The notes below the pieces were generated by a model. The model saw nothing but the letters and a program-made list of their open reading frames with translations, was not told the DNA's origin and did not search any database. A stretch of DNA of 30,128 nucleotides from a virus: the IMG/VR virus record IMGVR_UViG_3300029905_000019, positions 1-30,128 of that record; one strand, 5' to 3'. The position numbers and the translations under genes were made by a program. This document shows, one piece after another, positions 30,117-30,128 of this stretch. Positions within the stretch are counted from its first letter, which is position 1, and each line of letters starts with the position of its first letter.

Positions 30117-30128
30117 ATAATTATTACT

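Noticed and set aside
1-30128. Alternative genetic code (TAG or TGA recoding) as seen in some gut phages
   Set aside because: Long intact ORFs of up to 937 aa with sensible domain content tile the window under the standard code. I saw no pattern of in-frame stops splitting recognisable genes.
1-30128. Integrated prophage with host flanks at 1-60 and 29570-29930
   Set aside because: No integrase, excisionase, repressor or att-type direct repeat linking the two ends was found, and neither edge contains a recognisable host gene. This cannot be fully excluded without extending the contig.

Overview
This very AT-rich, densely coded window reads as most or all of a tailed dsDNA phage genome, siphovirus-like because it has a tape measure and a putative tail tube. 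It holds about 40 genes, almost all on the minus strand. Reading right to left: (1) An early region of small unknown genes (29353 down to 25057), including an ADP-ribosyltransferase-like protein and a repeat-containing DNA-binding protein. (2) A plus-strand island carrying a lipoprotein gene and an HNH endonuclease gene. (3) A PD-(D/E)XK nuclease, a two-ORF ECF-sigma-like pair and a membrane protein. (4) Small and large terminase. (5) A dual-frame gene with a U9 slippery run. (6) Large tail proteins, one with BACON-like repeats. (7) Tape measure, XkdF-like protease, scaffold, major capsid and putative tail tube. (8) A collagen-like fibre and two BspA/DUF285-type LRR fibre paralogs. (9) Portal, connector and a putative lysis pair. 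Apart from that island (lipoprotein plus one endonuclease), the only plus-strand genes are the other two of three paralogous NUMOD4-HNH homing endonuclease genes. I recognised no rRNA, tRNA, CRISPR array, integrase, reverse transcriptase or DNA polymerase. Start codons lack Shine-Dalgarno sequences, which together with the BACON-like repeats points to a Bacteroidota-type host (inference). The most notable observations are: (a) a 775-nt ORF-free right end containing a G+C-elevated, hairpin-dense island that is a candidate structured RNA or cis element; (b) an exact 15-mer repeated 7 times just upstream of late genes and paired with hairpin terminators; (c) a sigma factor split into region-2 and region-4 ORFs; (d) a candidate programmed -1 frameshift at a U9 run; (e) a nuclease-less protein that reuses the homing-endonuclease DNA-binding module behind six perfect 18-nt repeats. 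All functional calls come from reading the translated sequences. No database search was run.
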